From NCBI GenBank assembly GCA_040755995.1, contig JBFMAF010000021.1, forward strand, positions 1-64,000: a stretch of DNA of 64,000 nucleotides, read 5' to 3'. Of the stretch, positions 9,701 through 18,167 are shown in pieces. The DNA comes from Acidobacteriota bacterium. GTDB lineage: Bacteria; Acidobacteriota; CAIWXX01. The first letter of the stretch is position 1, and every line of letters begins with the position of its first letter. The translations under genes were made by a program, and so were the position numbers. The notes beneath the pieces were generated by a model. That model ran no database searches. It saw nothing but the letters and a program-made list of their open reading frames with translations, and was not told the origin of the DNA.

Positions 9701-12614
9701 GCCGCTCGAAGACGGCGGCCTCTTCGTGCTCGAGGTGACGGCGAGCGACCCCGATGGCAGGAATACCACTACCAACACCGACTTCTACGTGCTGGGCGCC
9801 GGCTACACCGCCTGGGAGCGCTACGATCACAATCGAATCGACCTGGTGCCCGAAAAGAAATCGTACAAGCCGGGCGAGACGGCTCGAATCATGATCAAGT
9901 CGCCGTGGGAGAAGGCCACGGCACTGCTCACCACCGAGCGCGAGGGCATTCGGACCCACAAGGAATTCCAGCTCACGTCGACACAGCAGACCGTCGAGGT
10001 GCCGATCACGGAAGGCGAGATCCCGAACGTGTACGTATCTGTGCTGCTGATCAAGGGCAGGACGAGCACCACCATCGAGAAAGACGGCAGCGACCCGGGC
10101 AAGCCCGCGTTCAGGCTCGGGTACACGGCCCTCAAGGTGGACAGCGGCCGGAAGCGGCTCTCGGTCGAGGTCCGCACGGACAAGGAAGAGTACCGCCCGG
10201 CGGAGAACGCCAAGATCTCCGTTCAGGTCAAGGACGTCGATGGAAAGCCGGCCGTATGCGAGGTGACGCTGTGGGCCGTGGACTACGGCGTCCTGAGCCT
10301 GACCGGATACAAGACGCCCGACATCCTAGATTCGATCTACGTGCAGAAGGCGCTGCAGGTGATGAACGCCGACTCGCGGCAGTGCATAGTCAGTCGCAGG
10401 GTGATCACGCCGAAGGGCGCGGAAGAGGGAGGTGGAGGCGGCTACGAAGAAGGCCCAGAGAGCAAGATCCGGAAGGACTTCCGCGTCCTGGCCTTCTGGC
10501 TCGGATCGCTGGTGACCGACGACAACGGGAGGGCCAGCACAACTCAGAAGCTCCCCGAATCCCTCACCACCTACCGCATCATGGCCGTGGTCCACGACAA
10601 GGCGAGTCGATGTGGATGGGGTGAGCGGGAGATCCGCTTGAGCAAGCCGGTGATGCTCACGCCCGCGTTCCCGCGCTTCCTCGCGCTCGGTGACAAGGCC
10701 TACTTCGGCTCCGTCGTGCACAGCCTGCTGAAGGACCCTGGCAAGGCAATCGTTACGATGAAAAGCCTCGACCCGTCGGTGTTGAAGCTCACCGGCGACA
10801 GCTCGCAGACCGTCACCGTCGCCGCAAAGGGATCGGCCGAGGTGCGATTTGACGTCGAGGTCAAGTCCGTCGGAACCGCGCGCATACTCATGTCGGTCAA
10901 GCTGCTGGGCGAAGAGGACGCGTTCGAGCTGGCGCTGCCGGTGAGATTGTTGTCGTCGCCTGAAGTGATGGCTGCATACGGCATCGCAGCCCCCGACGCG
11001 CACGAGATGCTCGAGCTCCCATCGGGTGTCGTCCCGAGCTTCGGCGGGCTCCACCTGGAGATGGCTTCCACTGCAATGGTCGGGCTCGGTGAGGGCGCCC
11101 GGTACCTCGTCGACTACCCATATGGCTGCGCCGAGCAGCGCGCGTCATGTGCCGTCGCACTGCTCCTCACGGCCGATCTCGGCAATGCATTCAGGCTGCC
11201 CGACATCAAGCCGGACGAGCTCAAGGAGATCACTCAGGCCACGCTCAAGGACCTCGAGGAGTTCCAGTGCCAGGACGGAGGGTTCTGGTACTGGAAGGGT
11301 GGCTGCCCGTGGAGCAGCCCATACTTGACGAGCTACATACTGTGGGTTTACCAGCGCGCAGCCAAGCTCGGCTACAGCGTATCGCAGCCGGTCGTCGATC
11401 GCGCCTACGCATTCCTCGAGAGCCAGCTGGGGACGCCGCCCGTGACCAACGAGGCATACTGGCCCGGCTACACCGCCTGGCAGGCGTTCGCCACCAAGGT
11501 CCTCGCCGAAGGCGGCAAGACCGTGGACAGCCACATCACTCGACTCTACGGGTACAAAGACCGTATGCCCATCTTCGGCCTGTGCTACCTCTGGGATGCG
11601 ATGGCTGCGAGCGGTGAGAAAGGCCAGCGCCCGGATGACATCCGAAGGCGCGTGATGAACGCGATTCTGATGGAGGCCGGTGCGTCGCACGTGGAGGAGC
11701 TCACCGACCCGTATCTATTGTGGTACTGGAACAGCAACGTGCGGTCCACGGCGATTGCTCTGGAGAGCCTCGTGCGCAACTCGACACCGGACTCCAACGT
11801 GATCGCCGGCATCGTCCGCTGGCTCATGCAGGTGCGGAAGAAGGGGCGATGGGGCAATACGCAGGAAAACGCCTGGGCGATGGACGCGCTCGTGGAATAC
11901 TACAAGAAGTACGAAGCCGAAATTCCGGATTTCACCGCTCTGGCTGCTCTCGGCACGCGCACGATCATGACCGAGACGTTCAAAGGACGCACGACCGAGG
12001 CGAGATCGAGCGACATGCCGATGGAGAAGCTGCTCACGAGGGGACGGGCGGGCGAGCGCCTGCCGCTGACGTTCAGCCGCCAGGGCACCGGATCGCTCTT
12101 CTACACGGCGCGTCTGAAGTACGCTTCGGCAGAACCGATGCTGAATCCAATGGACGTCGGTTTCCAGGTGAGGCGCAGCTACGCGCCTCGCGAGGGTGGA
12201 GCCGCCACCCAGACGTTCAAGGCGGGCGAGCTTGTCGAGGTGACCCTGACTTTCGAGCTCACCAAGGAGAGACGCTGGGTCGCCGTGACCGATCCGATCC
12301 CGGCCGGGTTCGAGCCGGTCGAGTCATGGTTCGCCACAACAGCGGCTGACCTGGCCCGCGATCAGCGCGAGGAGGAATCCGGAGGAACCTGGGTGCAGTT
12401 CTGGCAGAAGGGCGGCTTCGATCACGTTGAACGCCACGACGACCGCGTGCTGTTGTTCGCCACGCGCCTGTCCGAGGGGCAGCATACGTTCCGATACGTC
12501 TGTCGCGCCACAACGGCGGGCACCTTTGTCACGGCGCCGACGCATGTGGAGGAGATGTACTCGCCCGAGGTTTTCGGCAGAACCGCGAGCGATGTGGTGG
12601 AGGTGAAACCCTAG
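6756..12614 (+). CDS. Bacterial alpha-2-macroglobulin
   Basis: Signal peptide; DRGVYKLGE, YRRPDF, LPESLTTYRIMA; thioester motif YPYGCAEQ; WGNTQEN; EEMYSPEVFGR. Confidence 0.95.
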   Translation: MRRQFRWSFLFSALMQLSCAGLFAADDGLSVVQAGPEGEISQLEEANEIRVRFSEPMVALGRIPETVTAPYFKVTPFIKGAFRWSGTSQLIFTPDHQTPLPYCTKYTVTVDTSAESIDGSRLAKPYEFSFTTPTVRLLRSGWHRKSARYDSPAIFAFRFNQQVSAKAVISHLKLRYNSYKWTAPEFQKEVMARLPNEAPDAFVDFQKKVAETTMVTQSTAPVAFSIASDWDKVTYPPGSDLVVVQTSVAPPPQAQIVAEFDAQLPGVEGKETPATKQSYLFKMEPAFFVKHLECSAQCSVEFYNAICFKGTVSVDDVRSKLGVRDVTDPQNETRVPSTVKKTEEEEEEEGGYWEDDEEITTSVSFDRLGLQVKPARTYLFRIEKDLTAADGQKLGYTWYGQVEYWHKSAFTSFGTGHGVWESSGGPQLPFYARNLTRISEWIAAVKPEELVPTILKIDGWQLKPDGTPERSGQSNMPPPVEPVVRRLKPERDTIQSFGLNLARFLSPSGTGLAWAAIQGRDAIPRSYRIEHDPNATLVQVTNLGISVKDSPQNTLIMVTRLDDGMPVEGAQVEIRTLDNRVFWSGVTGADGVVVAPDTDMRAGLKLDRWEIPWTLAFVVTARKGEDYAYACSDWNDGIRSWDFGIGYNPDEAKPLLRGTVFADRGVYKLGEEVHLKAILRSDTVTGIKFIPPDAKLNLVLRDSEGEDVSKQTTLLSEWGTTDWVWRLPTDGPLGPYTVEAEVSGQQGSVYGNFLVAAYRRPDFRVDANLGGADDIAGAALKGVITGRYLFGAPMAERDVRITYYKVPVGNVPQAVTDRFPAERYAYLLEAWQSSPPSETQTILTKEDKLGPDGSISLDLETELKAGYPYQYTLEGEVTDVSRQTIAGSAGFVVHPAPWYLALKRPSFFVDSKDGLHSEILAVTPRGDAVPGVKVTATLNQVQWNSVRHAEGGGFYWWESQRVEKERWTGEVTTAGQPVPIDVPLEDGGLFVLEVTASDPDGRNTTTNTDFYVLGAGYTAWERYDHNRIDLVPEKKSYKPGETARIMIKSPWEKATALLTTEREGIRTHKEFQLTSTQQTVEVPITEGEIPNVYVSVLLIKGRTSTTIEKDGSDPGKPAFRLGYTALKVDSGRKRLSVEVRTDKEEYRPAENAKISVQVKDVDGKPAVCEVTLWAVDYGVLSLTGYKTPDILDSIYVQKALQVMNADSRQCIVSRRVITPKGAEEGGGGGYEEGPESKIRKDFRVLAFWLGSLVTDDNGRASTTQKLPESLTTYRIMAVVHDKASRCGWGEREIRLSKPVMLTPAFPRFLALGDKAYFGSVVHSLLKDPGKAIVTMKSLDPSVLKLTGDSSQTVTVAAKGSAEVRFDVEVKSVGTARILMSVKLLGEEDAFELALPVRLLSSPEVMAAYGIAAPDAHEMLELPSGVVPSFGGLHLEMASTAMVGLGEGARYLVDYPYGCAEQRASCAVALLLTADLGNAFRLPDIKPDELKEITQATLKDLEEFQCQDGGFWYWKGGCPWSSPYLTSYILWVYQRAAKLGYSVSQPVVDRAYAFLESQLGTPPVTNEAYWPGYTAWQAFATKVLAEGGKTVDSHITRLYGYKDRMPIFGLCYLWDAMAASGEKGQRPDDIRRRVMNAILMEAGASHVEELTDPYLLWYWNSNVRSTAIALESLVRNSTPDSNVIAGIVRWLMQVRKKGRWGNTQENAWAMDALVEYYKKYEAEIPDFTALAALGTRTIMTETFKGRTTEARSSDMPMEKLLTRGRAGERLPLTFSRQGTGSLFYTARLKYASAEPMLNPMDVGFQVRRSYAPREGGAATQTFKAGELVEVTLTFELTKERRWVAVTDPIPAGFEPVESWFATTAADLARDQREEESGGTWVQFWQKGGFDHVERHDDRVLLFATRLSEGQHTFRYVCRATTAGTFVTAPTHVEEMYSPEVFGRTASDVVEVKP

Positions 12615-12670
12615 GGCATCAGGCGCGCCTGAGCTCCGCATCCAGGGGGTAGCCCGAAGGAGCAGACACG

Positions 12671-15022
12671 GTGACCAGACTGGTTGGCGCGTTCACGCGC
12701 ACTCGCCGCCGCTGTGTCTTTTTCGCAGGCGCGATCTGCGTGGTCTGCATCACCTGTTGGGCGCGGCTCGGCCCGCTTCCGGACCAGCTACTGGACCCCG
12801 CAGCGCACCGCTCCACGCTGGTCACCGATCGCTACGGGCGCATTCTGTACGAATCGTTGTCAGAGAGAGAGACTCGCAGCCGCTGGCTCTCTCCGGAGGC
12901 TCTCCCGACACCGCTAGTGAATGCGACTCTAGCGGCCGAAGACCGGCGCTTCTATCGACATCCCGGCATCGACCCGATCGCGCTGGCTCGGGCCGCGTGG
13001 GTCGATCTGCGCGCGTGGAGGATCGTCGAGGGGGGCTCGACGATCTCGCAGCAGGTGGTAAAGCTGCTGATGGCGCGCAGCCGCACGCTTGGCGGGAAGC
13101 TGCGCGAGATGCTCCTCGCTCTCCGCCTCGAACACCGTTTCTCCAAGAACGAAATCATGGCGATGTATCTCAACCTTGCGCCGTACGGGAATCAGTACGC
13201 CGGCGTCGAGGCTGCATCGCAAGGCTATTTCGGCTGCTCCGCGGCGACGCTCACGCCGGCGCAGGCCGCATTTCTGGCTGGACTGCCGCAGCGGCCTTCG
13301 GTGTTTGACCCGTATCACAACCTGGCCGGGGCGTTTCGGAGGCAGCGATGGGTGCTTGACCGCATGAGCGCGCTCGGCTTGCTCGACGAGGATTCATACA
13401 GGCACGCCATGCAGGAGAGGCTGGCGCTCATTCAATCGAAACGCGGCTTCGAGGCGGCTCACTTCGTTGAGCGTGTGCTCTCCGAGGCGAACGGATGCGG
13501 GCGCATTTGCACGACTCTCGACCTCGACCTGCAGCGTGAAGTGCAAGGCATAGTCTCGGCACATCGCAAGCGCCTCGCGACCAAAGGCGGATTCAACGTC
13601 GCCGTCCTGGTCGTGGCCAATCCCACCGGCCAGGTGCTTGCCTACGAGGGGTCGGGAGACTATTTCGATGCGGAACATGGCGGCACGATCGACGGTGTGA
13701 CGACACCGCGCCAGCCCGGCTCGGCTCTGAAGCCGTTCACTTACGCTCTCGCGTTCGAACGCGGTTTGACGCCGGCCACCGTTCTGCGCGACCTCCCGAG
13801 TCACTTCCCGACCGCCGAAGACGGCGTCCTCTACAGCCCGCGCAACTACGACGGCACGTTTCGCGGACCCATGCGCGTACGCAAGGCGCTGGCCGGTTCT
13901 GAGAATGTCCCCGCGGTGCAGGTGCTCTCGCGAGTCGGAGTGCCTCGGCTGCTCGATCTTTTCCGCAATCTGGGCTTCACCACATTCGACAAGAGCGCAG
14001 ACTACTACGGCTACGGACTGACGCTGGGCGATGCCGAGGTACGGCTGGACGAGCTCGTGGGCGCATACGCATGCCTTGCTCGAGGCGGCGAGCTCGTTCA
14101 TACTTGCTCGATTCTGGAGTCGGGCACGAATTCGCCTGCCACGTCTGTCCCGGGCGGCCGCCGCCAGCTGCTTTCTCCGCGCACCGCGTTCTGGGTCACC
14201 GACATCCTGTCCGACGCGAAGGCGCGGGCCTATGCGTTCGGGCGAGGCGGTTCGCTAGAGTTCCCGTTTCAGGTGGCGGTGAAGACCGGCACTTCGCAGG
14301 GGTATGCGGACAACTGGACGATCGGCTACACGCGCGAAATCACAGTCGGCGTCTGGGTCGGCAACTTCGACCGCAAACCGCTCCGATCGTCATCGGGTGT
14401 CACCGGTGCCGCACCGATCTTCCACAACGTGCTGCTCGCCGCGCAGAAGCGCGTGACCGGGCGCCTGCCGACGCCGGCAGATCCGCCTATCGTCCCGCCA
14501 CCGGAGAACCTGCACCAGATCCCCGTGTGCGCGCTCTCGGGGATGAAGGCGAGTGATGCGTGCCCGTCGTTCGAGGACGAGTGGCTCGACAGCGAGCGGC
14601 TGCCATCGCTCTGCTCGTGGCACGTCCAGCCCGACGGCCGCCGCACGGTAACTGTGTGGCCCGTCGAGTACCGCAGCTGGGCGCAGAGCCGCGGACTGCT
14701 GAAAGAGCCTCAGCTGCAATACGCGAGCTTCCGCAAAGCGGCGAAGAGCACGCCCTCCTCATCGTACTTCGAGATCGAGACCCCGCCCGACGGGGCGACC
14801 TACCTGATCGATCCGACGCTGCGAATGGAGTACCAGGCGTTGGAGCTCCGCGTAGCGTGCGGCGGCGCGCCCCGCAGACTGGCGTGGACTCTGGACGGCC
14901 AACCCGCGGGCGAGTGCATGTCCGACGCCACGCTAAACTGGCCGCTCCAGCGCGGCAAGCACACGCTGGAAGCGCGCGACACGACCGGCGCCCACGCGAG
15001 CGTCTCGTTCGTCGTGAAGTGA
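12671..15022 (+). CDS. pbpC: Penicillin-binding protein 1C
   Basis: Transglycosylase EDRRFYRHPGID and GGSTISQQ; transpeptidase SALK, SEN, KTGT; lies downstream of A2M as usual. Confidence 0.93.
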   Translation: MTRLVGAFTRTRRRCVFFAGAICVVCITCWARLGPLPDQLLDPAAHRSTLVTDRYGRILYESLSERETRSRWLSPEALPTPLVNATLAAEDRRFYRHPGIDPIALARAAWVDLRAWRIVEGGSTISQQVVKLLMARSRTLGGKLREMLLALRLEHRFSKNEIMAMYLNLAPYGNQYAGVEAASQGYFGCSAATLTPAQAAFLAGLPQRPSVFDPYHNLAGAFRRQRWVLDRMSALGLLDEDSYRHAMQERLALIQSKRGFEAAHFVERVLSEANGCGRICTTLDLDLQREVQGIVSAHRKRLATKGGFNVAVLVVANPTGQVLAYEGSGDYFDAEHGGTIDGVTTPRQPGSALKPFTYALAFERGLTPATVLRDLPSHFPTAEDGVLYSPRNYDGTFRGPMRVRKALAGSENVPAVQVLSRVGVPRLLDLFRNLGFTTFDKSADYYGYGLTLGDAEVRLDELVGAYACLARGGELVHTCSILESGTNSPATSVPGGRRQLLSPRTAFWVTDILSDAKARAYAFGRGGSLEFPFQVAVKTGTSQGYADNWTIGYTREITVGVWVGNFDRKPLRSSSGVTGAAPIFHNVLLAAQKRVTGRLPTPADPPIVPPPENLHQIPVCALSGMKASDACPSFEDEWLDSERLPSLCSWHVQPDGRRTVTVWPVEYRSWAQSRGLLKEPQLQYASFRKAAKSTPSSSYFEIETPPDGATYLIDPTLRMEYQALELRVACGGAPRRLAWTLDGQPAGECMSDATLNWPLQRGKHTLEARDTTGAHASVSFVVK

Positions 15023-15186
15023 ACCGCCGCTTGCGCACGACGATGCCGCACGGCGTGTGCACGGGAAGAACTCGGGTCCACTGGTGCCCAGACGATGGCC
15101 GCATCCCCTGTCAGAGCGCAGGCGTCGTTGCTGCACCTGTGCCTCGCGCTCCCCGACGCGATTGCCGAGCGGCGTTGAAGGTCGCA

Positions 15187-15789
15187 TCACCTCGCCAGTC
15201 TTTCCGCCATCTGGTCGCACCGCACCCTTCCCAATGTCGGCCTTCTCCGGCCCAAGAACATGCTTCGATCGCCCTCACCAGCGGTGGATTGCACCTGGTG
15301 AAAGAACAGTTGACAAATGGTCATTCCGGGCTTGATAGAGATGGGGATCTCACCGAGGTTTCTCATCTCGAGAGTCAAGCAGCCTCTGAACCCGGGGTGA
15401 ACACCGGTGGCGGTGGCGATCACGAGCCCGCGCCTGCCCCAGCTAGATCTTCCTATCACATATGCAGCCAGGTTCTTGGGGAGACAGACCCATTCCAGCG
15501 TCACGCCCAGGACGAACCCCTGCGGGTGCAGGAAGTACTTGTGGCCGAAGGGCACGTAGTGAGTCTTGGTCAGCTGCATCTGGGGCTCCTGGTCGTCAAC
15601 CTCTAGATGGCTCATCCTGGCATTCCGCAGCGTCACAAACCAGCTCCCAAGCCTCAGATCGATTGATGCCGCCCCGCTGTCACGTAGCTCTCTCACATTC
15701 GGGAGTGGGACTATGATCAACGGATCCTCGCAGTTGGCTTCCCCGGCCTTCAGCAGCTCCTCAGCAACCCGGCCTGCACTCAGAATCAT
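15187..15789 (-). CDS. dcd: Variant dCTP deaminase (trimeric dUTPase fold)
   Basis: MILS start, ASIDLRLG, FVLGVTLE, GRSSWGRRGL, VHPGFRGCLTLE, ICQLFF; ATG overlaps the upstream TGA (ATGA). Confidence 0.85.
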   Translation of the reverse strand: MILSAGRVAEELLKAGEANCEDPLIIVPLPNVRELRDSGAASIDLRLGSWFVTLRNARMSHLEVDDQEPQMQLTKTHYVPFGHKYFLHPQGFVLGVTLEWVCLPKNLAAYVIGRSSWGRRGLVIATATGVHPGFRGCLTLEMRNLGEIPISIKPGMTICQLFFHQVQSTAGEGDRSMFLGRRRPTLGRVRCDQMAERLAR

Positions 15790-17051
15790 ATGGCCCTGCG
15801 CATGCGCCATTCGACTTCGAAGACTTCGATGTTCTTCAGAACAAGCTCCTTGAGAATCTCGTCACGCCTCTCATGAACGACCGGTAGCTCCTTCCAGAAC
15901 CCCGGGTCTTCGGCGACCAGCCATCCGGCGTTGAAGATGTCTGCAAGACCCCTGCAATGCTCGGCTGGGGCAACAAGCTTGAACCGCTCCAGTATGCGAT
16001 TCGTCTCCTCCTCCGAGGACAACTGCACACTGGAAGCCGCGACTAGATCGGCTGCTCTTTCGATGAGCCGCGGTTCAAGGATATCCCGTGCCTCATCAGC
16101 CACGGAAAGCAGGAACTGGCTCGTCTCGCTCAGGTCGCCAACGTCCTCTAGGTCGCAATCGAAAAGGTCGGCATACTCTCTGGGCACGGCCACGTTGAAC
16201 CTCTGTGCGGCGCGCTCCAAGCCCGAGAGACGCGCTTTGCTACTGGGATAGGACTCTGAGCGTCCGGTAAGGCCAGGTGACAGGAGGTAGGCGAATGCGT
16301 AAAGAAAGGAGAAGCCGAAGAGATGTAGGCCGATGAAATCAGCGAAGGACTCCTCCGCTTGCTGCAGGGTCCACTCGGATGCTGCTCGCCACTGGCCGAG
16401 GTGGAAGATGCTTCTTCTCAGGTCCGTGTCGGGTTGGATCTTGTAAGGGAAGACTCGATTGTAGTCCTGTGAGCGCCGTTGCAGTACCTGCACTACTGCG
16501 TCCGTGCACGCATCCTGGAGTTCCGTCTGGAGATTGTACTTCAGCCAGACTGAGTGTCCCAATTCGTGACCAGCCAGGGGTATGAGCAGTGGATTGGCCG
16601 ATTCAGGTGCAGGCAATCCGATCAGCACGTACCCTGGCAACGCGGGAAGCAAACGATATATGAAGGGCGAGTAGTCCCATTCGGACGAGAGAAGTAATCT
16701 GATGTTTGCGTCCTTGGCATCCTTGCCCGGCTCGAGCAAGGTCGCGGCCATCCTGAATAGCGGGTGAACAACTTCAAATGCATTCCTGACATTTGTGGAT
16801 CTGAGGAGGAATCCCGCGATAGGCAGGTAGTCGACCATGTTCTGGAGTGCGACTCTACATGCCTGCCTGACGGTCTCCTTGTCAGCAAGTTCGTCCTGGG
16901 ACTTGATTCTCTCGAGAACCGCCTCCAGAAAGGCCCTCAGGTCCTTGAGTGCGGATTCAGAGTACGGATATGGGAATTCGGACTCGCCCAGCCTTCGGAT
17001 TTCCTCCACCAGAGCAGTCAAACGCCCGATGATGGACTGCTCGAGCTTCAA
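15786..17051 (-). CDS. Uncharacterised HExxH zinc-metallopeptidase-like protein (421 aa)
   Basis: LAGHELGH, later EESFADFIG (ExxAD third ligand) and YPSSKAR; TTG start 3 nt after the upstream stop. Confidence 0.75.
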   Translation of the reverse strand: MKLEQSIIGRLTALVEEIRRLGESEFPYPYSESALKDLRAFLEAVLERIKSQDELADKETVRQACRVALQNMVDYLPIAGFLLRSTNVRNAFEVVHPLFRMAATLLEPGKDAKDANIRLLLSSEWDYSPFIYRLLPALPGYVLIGLPAPESANPLLIPLAGHELGHSVWLKYNLQTELQDACTDAVVQVLQRRSQDYNRVFPYKIQPDTDLRRSIFHLGQWRAASEWTLQQAEESFADFIGLHLFGFSFLYAFAYLLSPGLTGRSESYPSSKARLSGLERAAQRFNVAVPREYADLFDCDLEDVGDLSETSQFLLSVADEARDILEPRLIERAADLVAASSVQLSSEEETNRILERFKLVAPAEHCRGLADIFNAGWLVAEDPGFWKELPVVHERRDEILKELVLKNIEVFEVEWRMRRAI

Positions 17052-17054
17052 CTG

Positions 17055-17519
17055 TCATCTCCGAAATGGGTGTCCCGGCCTCCCCTTCTGGAACGACCTG
17101 TGCGAGATCAGAGCTTCCCTCGATAAGGCCACACAGAACGATCGAATGTCCTTCAGCTGTTCACAACTCGTTTCCCTGTATTTCTCGGGATCTGCAGTGA
17201 CCTGATCGAGTTGTTCGGTGATCCTGCGAGTCTGTTCTGCCAGCTGATCCAAGTCATCCTGTTGTTCGGTCGGTCTGAGGGCGCTATGAATGACCCATGC
17301 CATGGTCGGGTTGAGCAGGGAGGCCTTAGACGATGTCTGGTCAACATGGACGACGGTCTTCGTAATCCGGTCCCTCAATTGCGGCACGGCGGTCAAGGAA
17401 GGTTTGCGCCCCAGGATAAGCGCGTCGATTTCCATGGCTGCACCGCATGCCAAGGAGGCCAGATCCATAACGGCCACCGGTCCACACCTGGACGAAGGCA
17501 CAGTTCTCTGTGGAAACAT
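17055..17519 (-). CDS. Uncharacterised small helical protein (about 154 aa), first gene of the dcd operon
   Basis: Strong GAGGAGGAG RBS before ATG 17519; abuts the next gene. Confidence 0.7.
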   Translation of the reverse strand: MFPQRTVPSSRCGPVAVMDLASLACGAAMEIDALILGRKPSLTAVPQLRDRITKTVVHVDQTSSKASLLNPTMAWVIHSALRPTEQQDDLDQLAEQTRRITEQLDQVTADPEKYRETSCEQLKDIRSFCVALSREALISHRSFQKGRPGHPFRR

Positions 17520-17630
17520 GCTCCTCCTCGCTTCCTGCACCGATTGAGAAATATGCTAGACACGATTGAATCTCGGCTGGATCTCCTCATGTTCGGGAGG
17601 TCCTAGTCGAGCCTGTATCCAACCGCGCCT

Positions 17631-17659
17631 ACAATAAGGGACTGCCGTATTACTGTCAA
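17631..17659 (-). promoter_or_regulatory. Sigma70 promoter of the three-gene dcd operon
   Basis: Minus strand TTGACA-17 nt-TATTGT. Confidence 0.6.
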
Positions 17660-18058
17660 GCGTTCATTTGCATTCCTTGCATTCCGTGTATTCTCATTCG
17701 TTGCGTTCGAGTCACTGCGTGCGTCCGTGTGATTTCCCGTGATTCGGAGCTCACCGAGATGGAACGCCTGGTGGGGAGGCTCCTAGCACCCGCTGATGCG
17801 CCCTCGTCCTGCCACCGGCGTGCATGCGAGCGCCTCGTTCCTCGTCAAGTGAGCAGCCGTTCGCGCCCGATGGCGCGGCACCCTGTGCCCGCGGGTGCAA
17901 CGAGCGTCCCGCTGGGTGGTGATGCCAATCGTCCAACAGCTCGTTGGACAAATGCCCGGAGCCACACCTTGGTCCTTCTAACCCCGTCGAAGGAAGCCGA
18001 AAGCCGCCGCCAGTACGCCATGCAGGCCATCGCTCACGACAGATCGGTCTTCATCCGC

Positions 18059-18087
18059 TTGACACCAACTGACACCAGGCCTATGTT
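18059..18087 (+). promoter_or_regulatory. Sigma70 promoter of the hsd operon
   Basis: TTGACA-17 nt-TATGTT about 80 nt before hsdM. Confidence 0.55.
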
Positions 18088-18167
18088 CTAGCGGTGGTCC
18101 ACGGAGTGTCGGTCGAGGGCTGGTTCGGGCGTCAATCCGCACGCGAGACAACGAAGACGGGGGCTCG

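Noticed and set aside
6756..15022. A2M-pbpC pair as a novel system
   Set aside because: Well-known conserved pairing (yfhM-pbpC type) with canonical CxEQ thioester
17660..18050. Short ORFs and TTGCATTCC-like repeats between the dcd and hsd operons; possible attC or IS ends
   Set aside because: No convincing attC core pairing, terminal inverted repeats or coding signature
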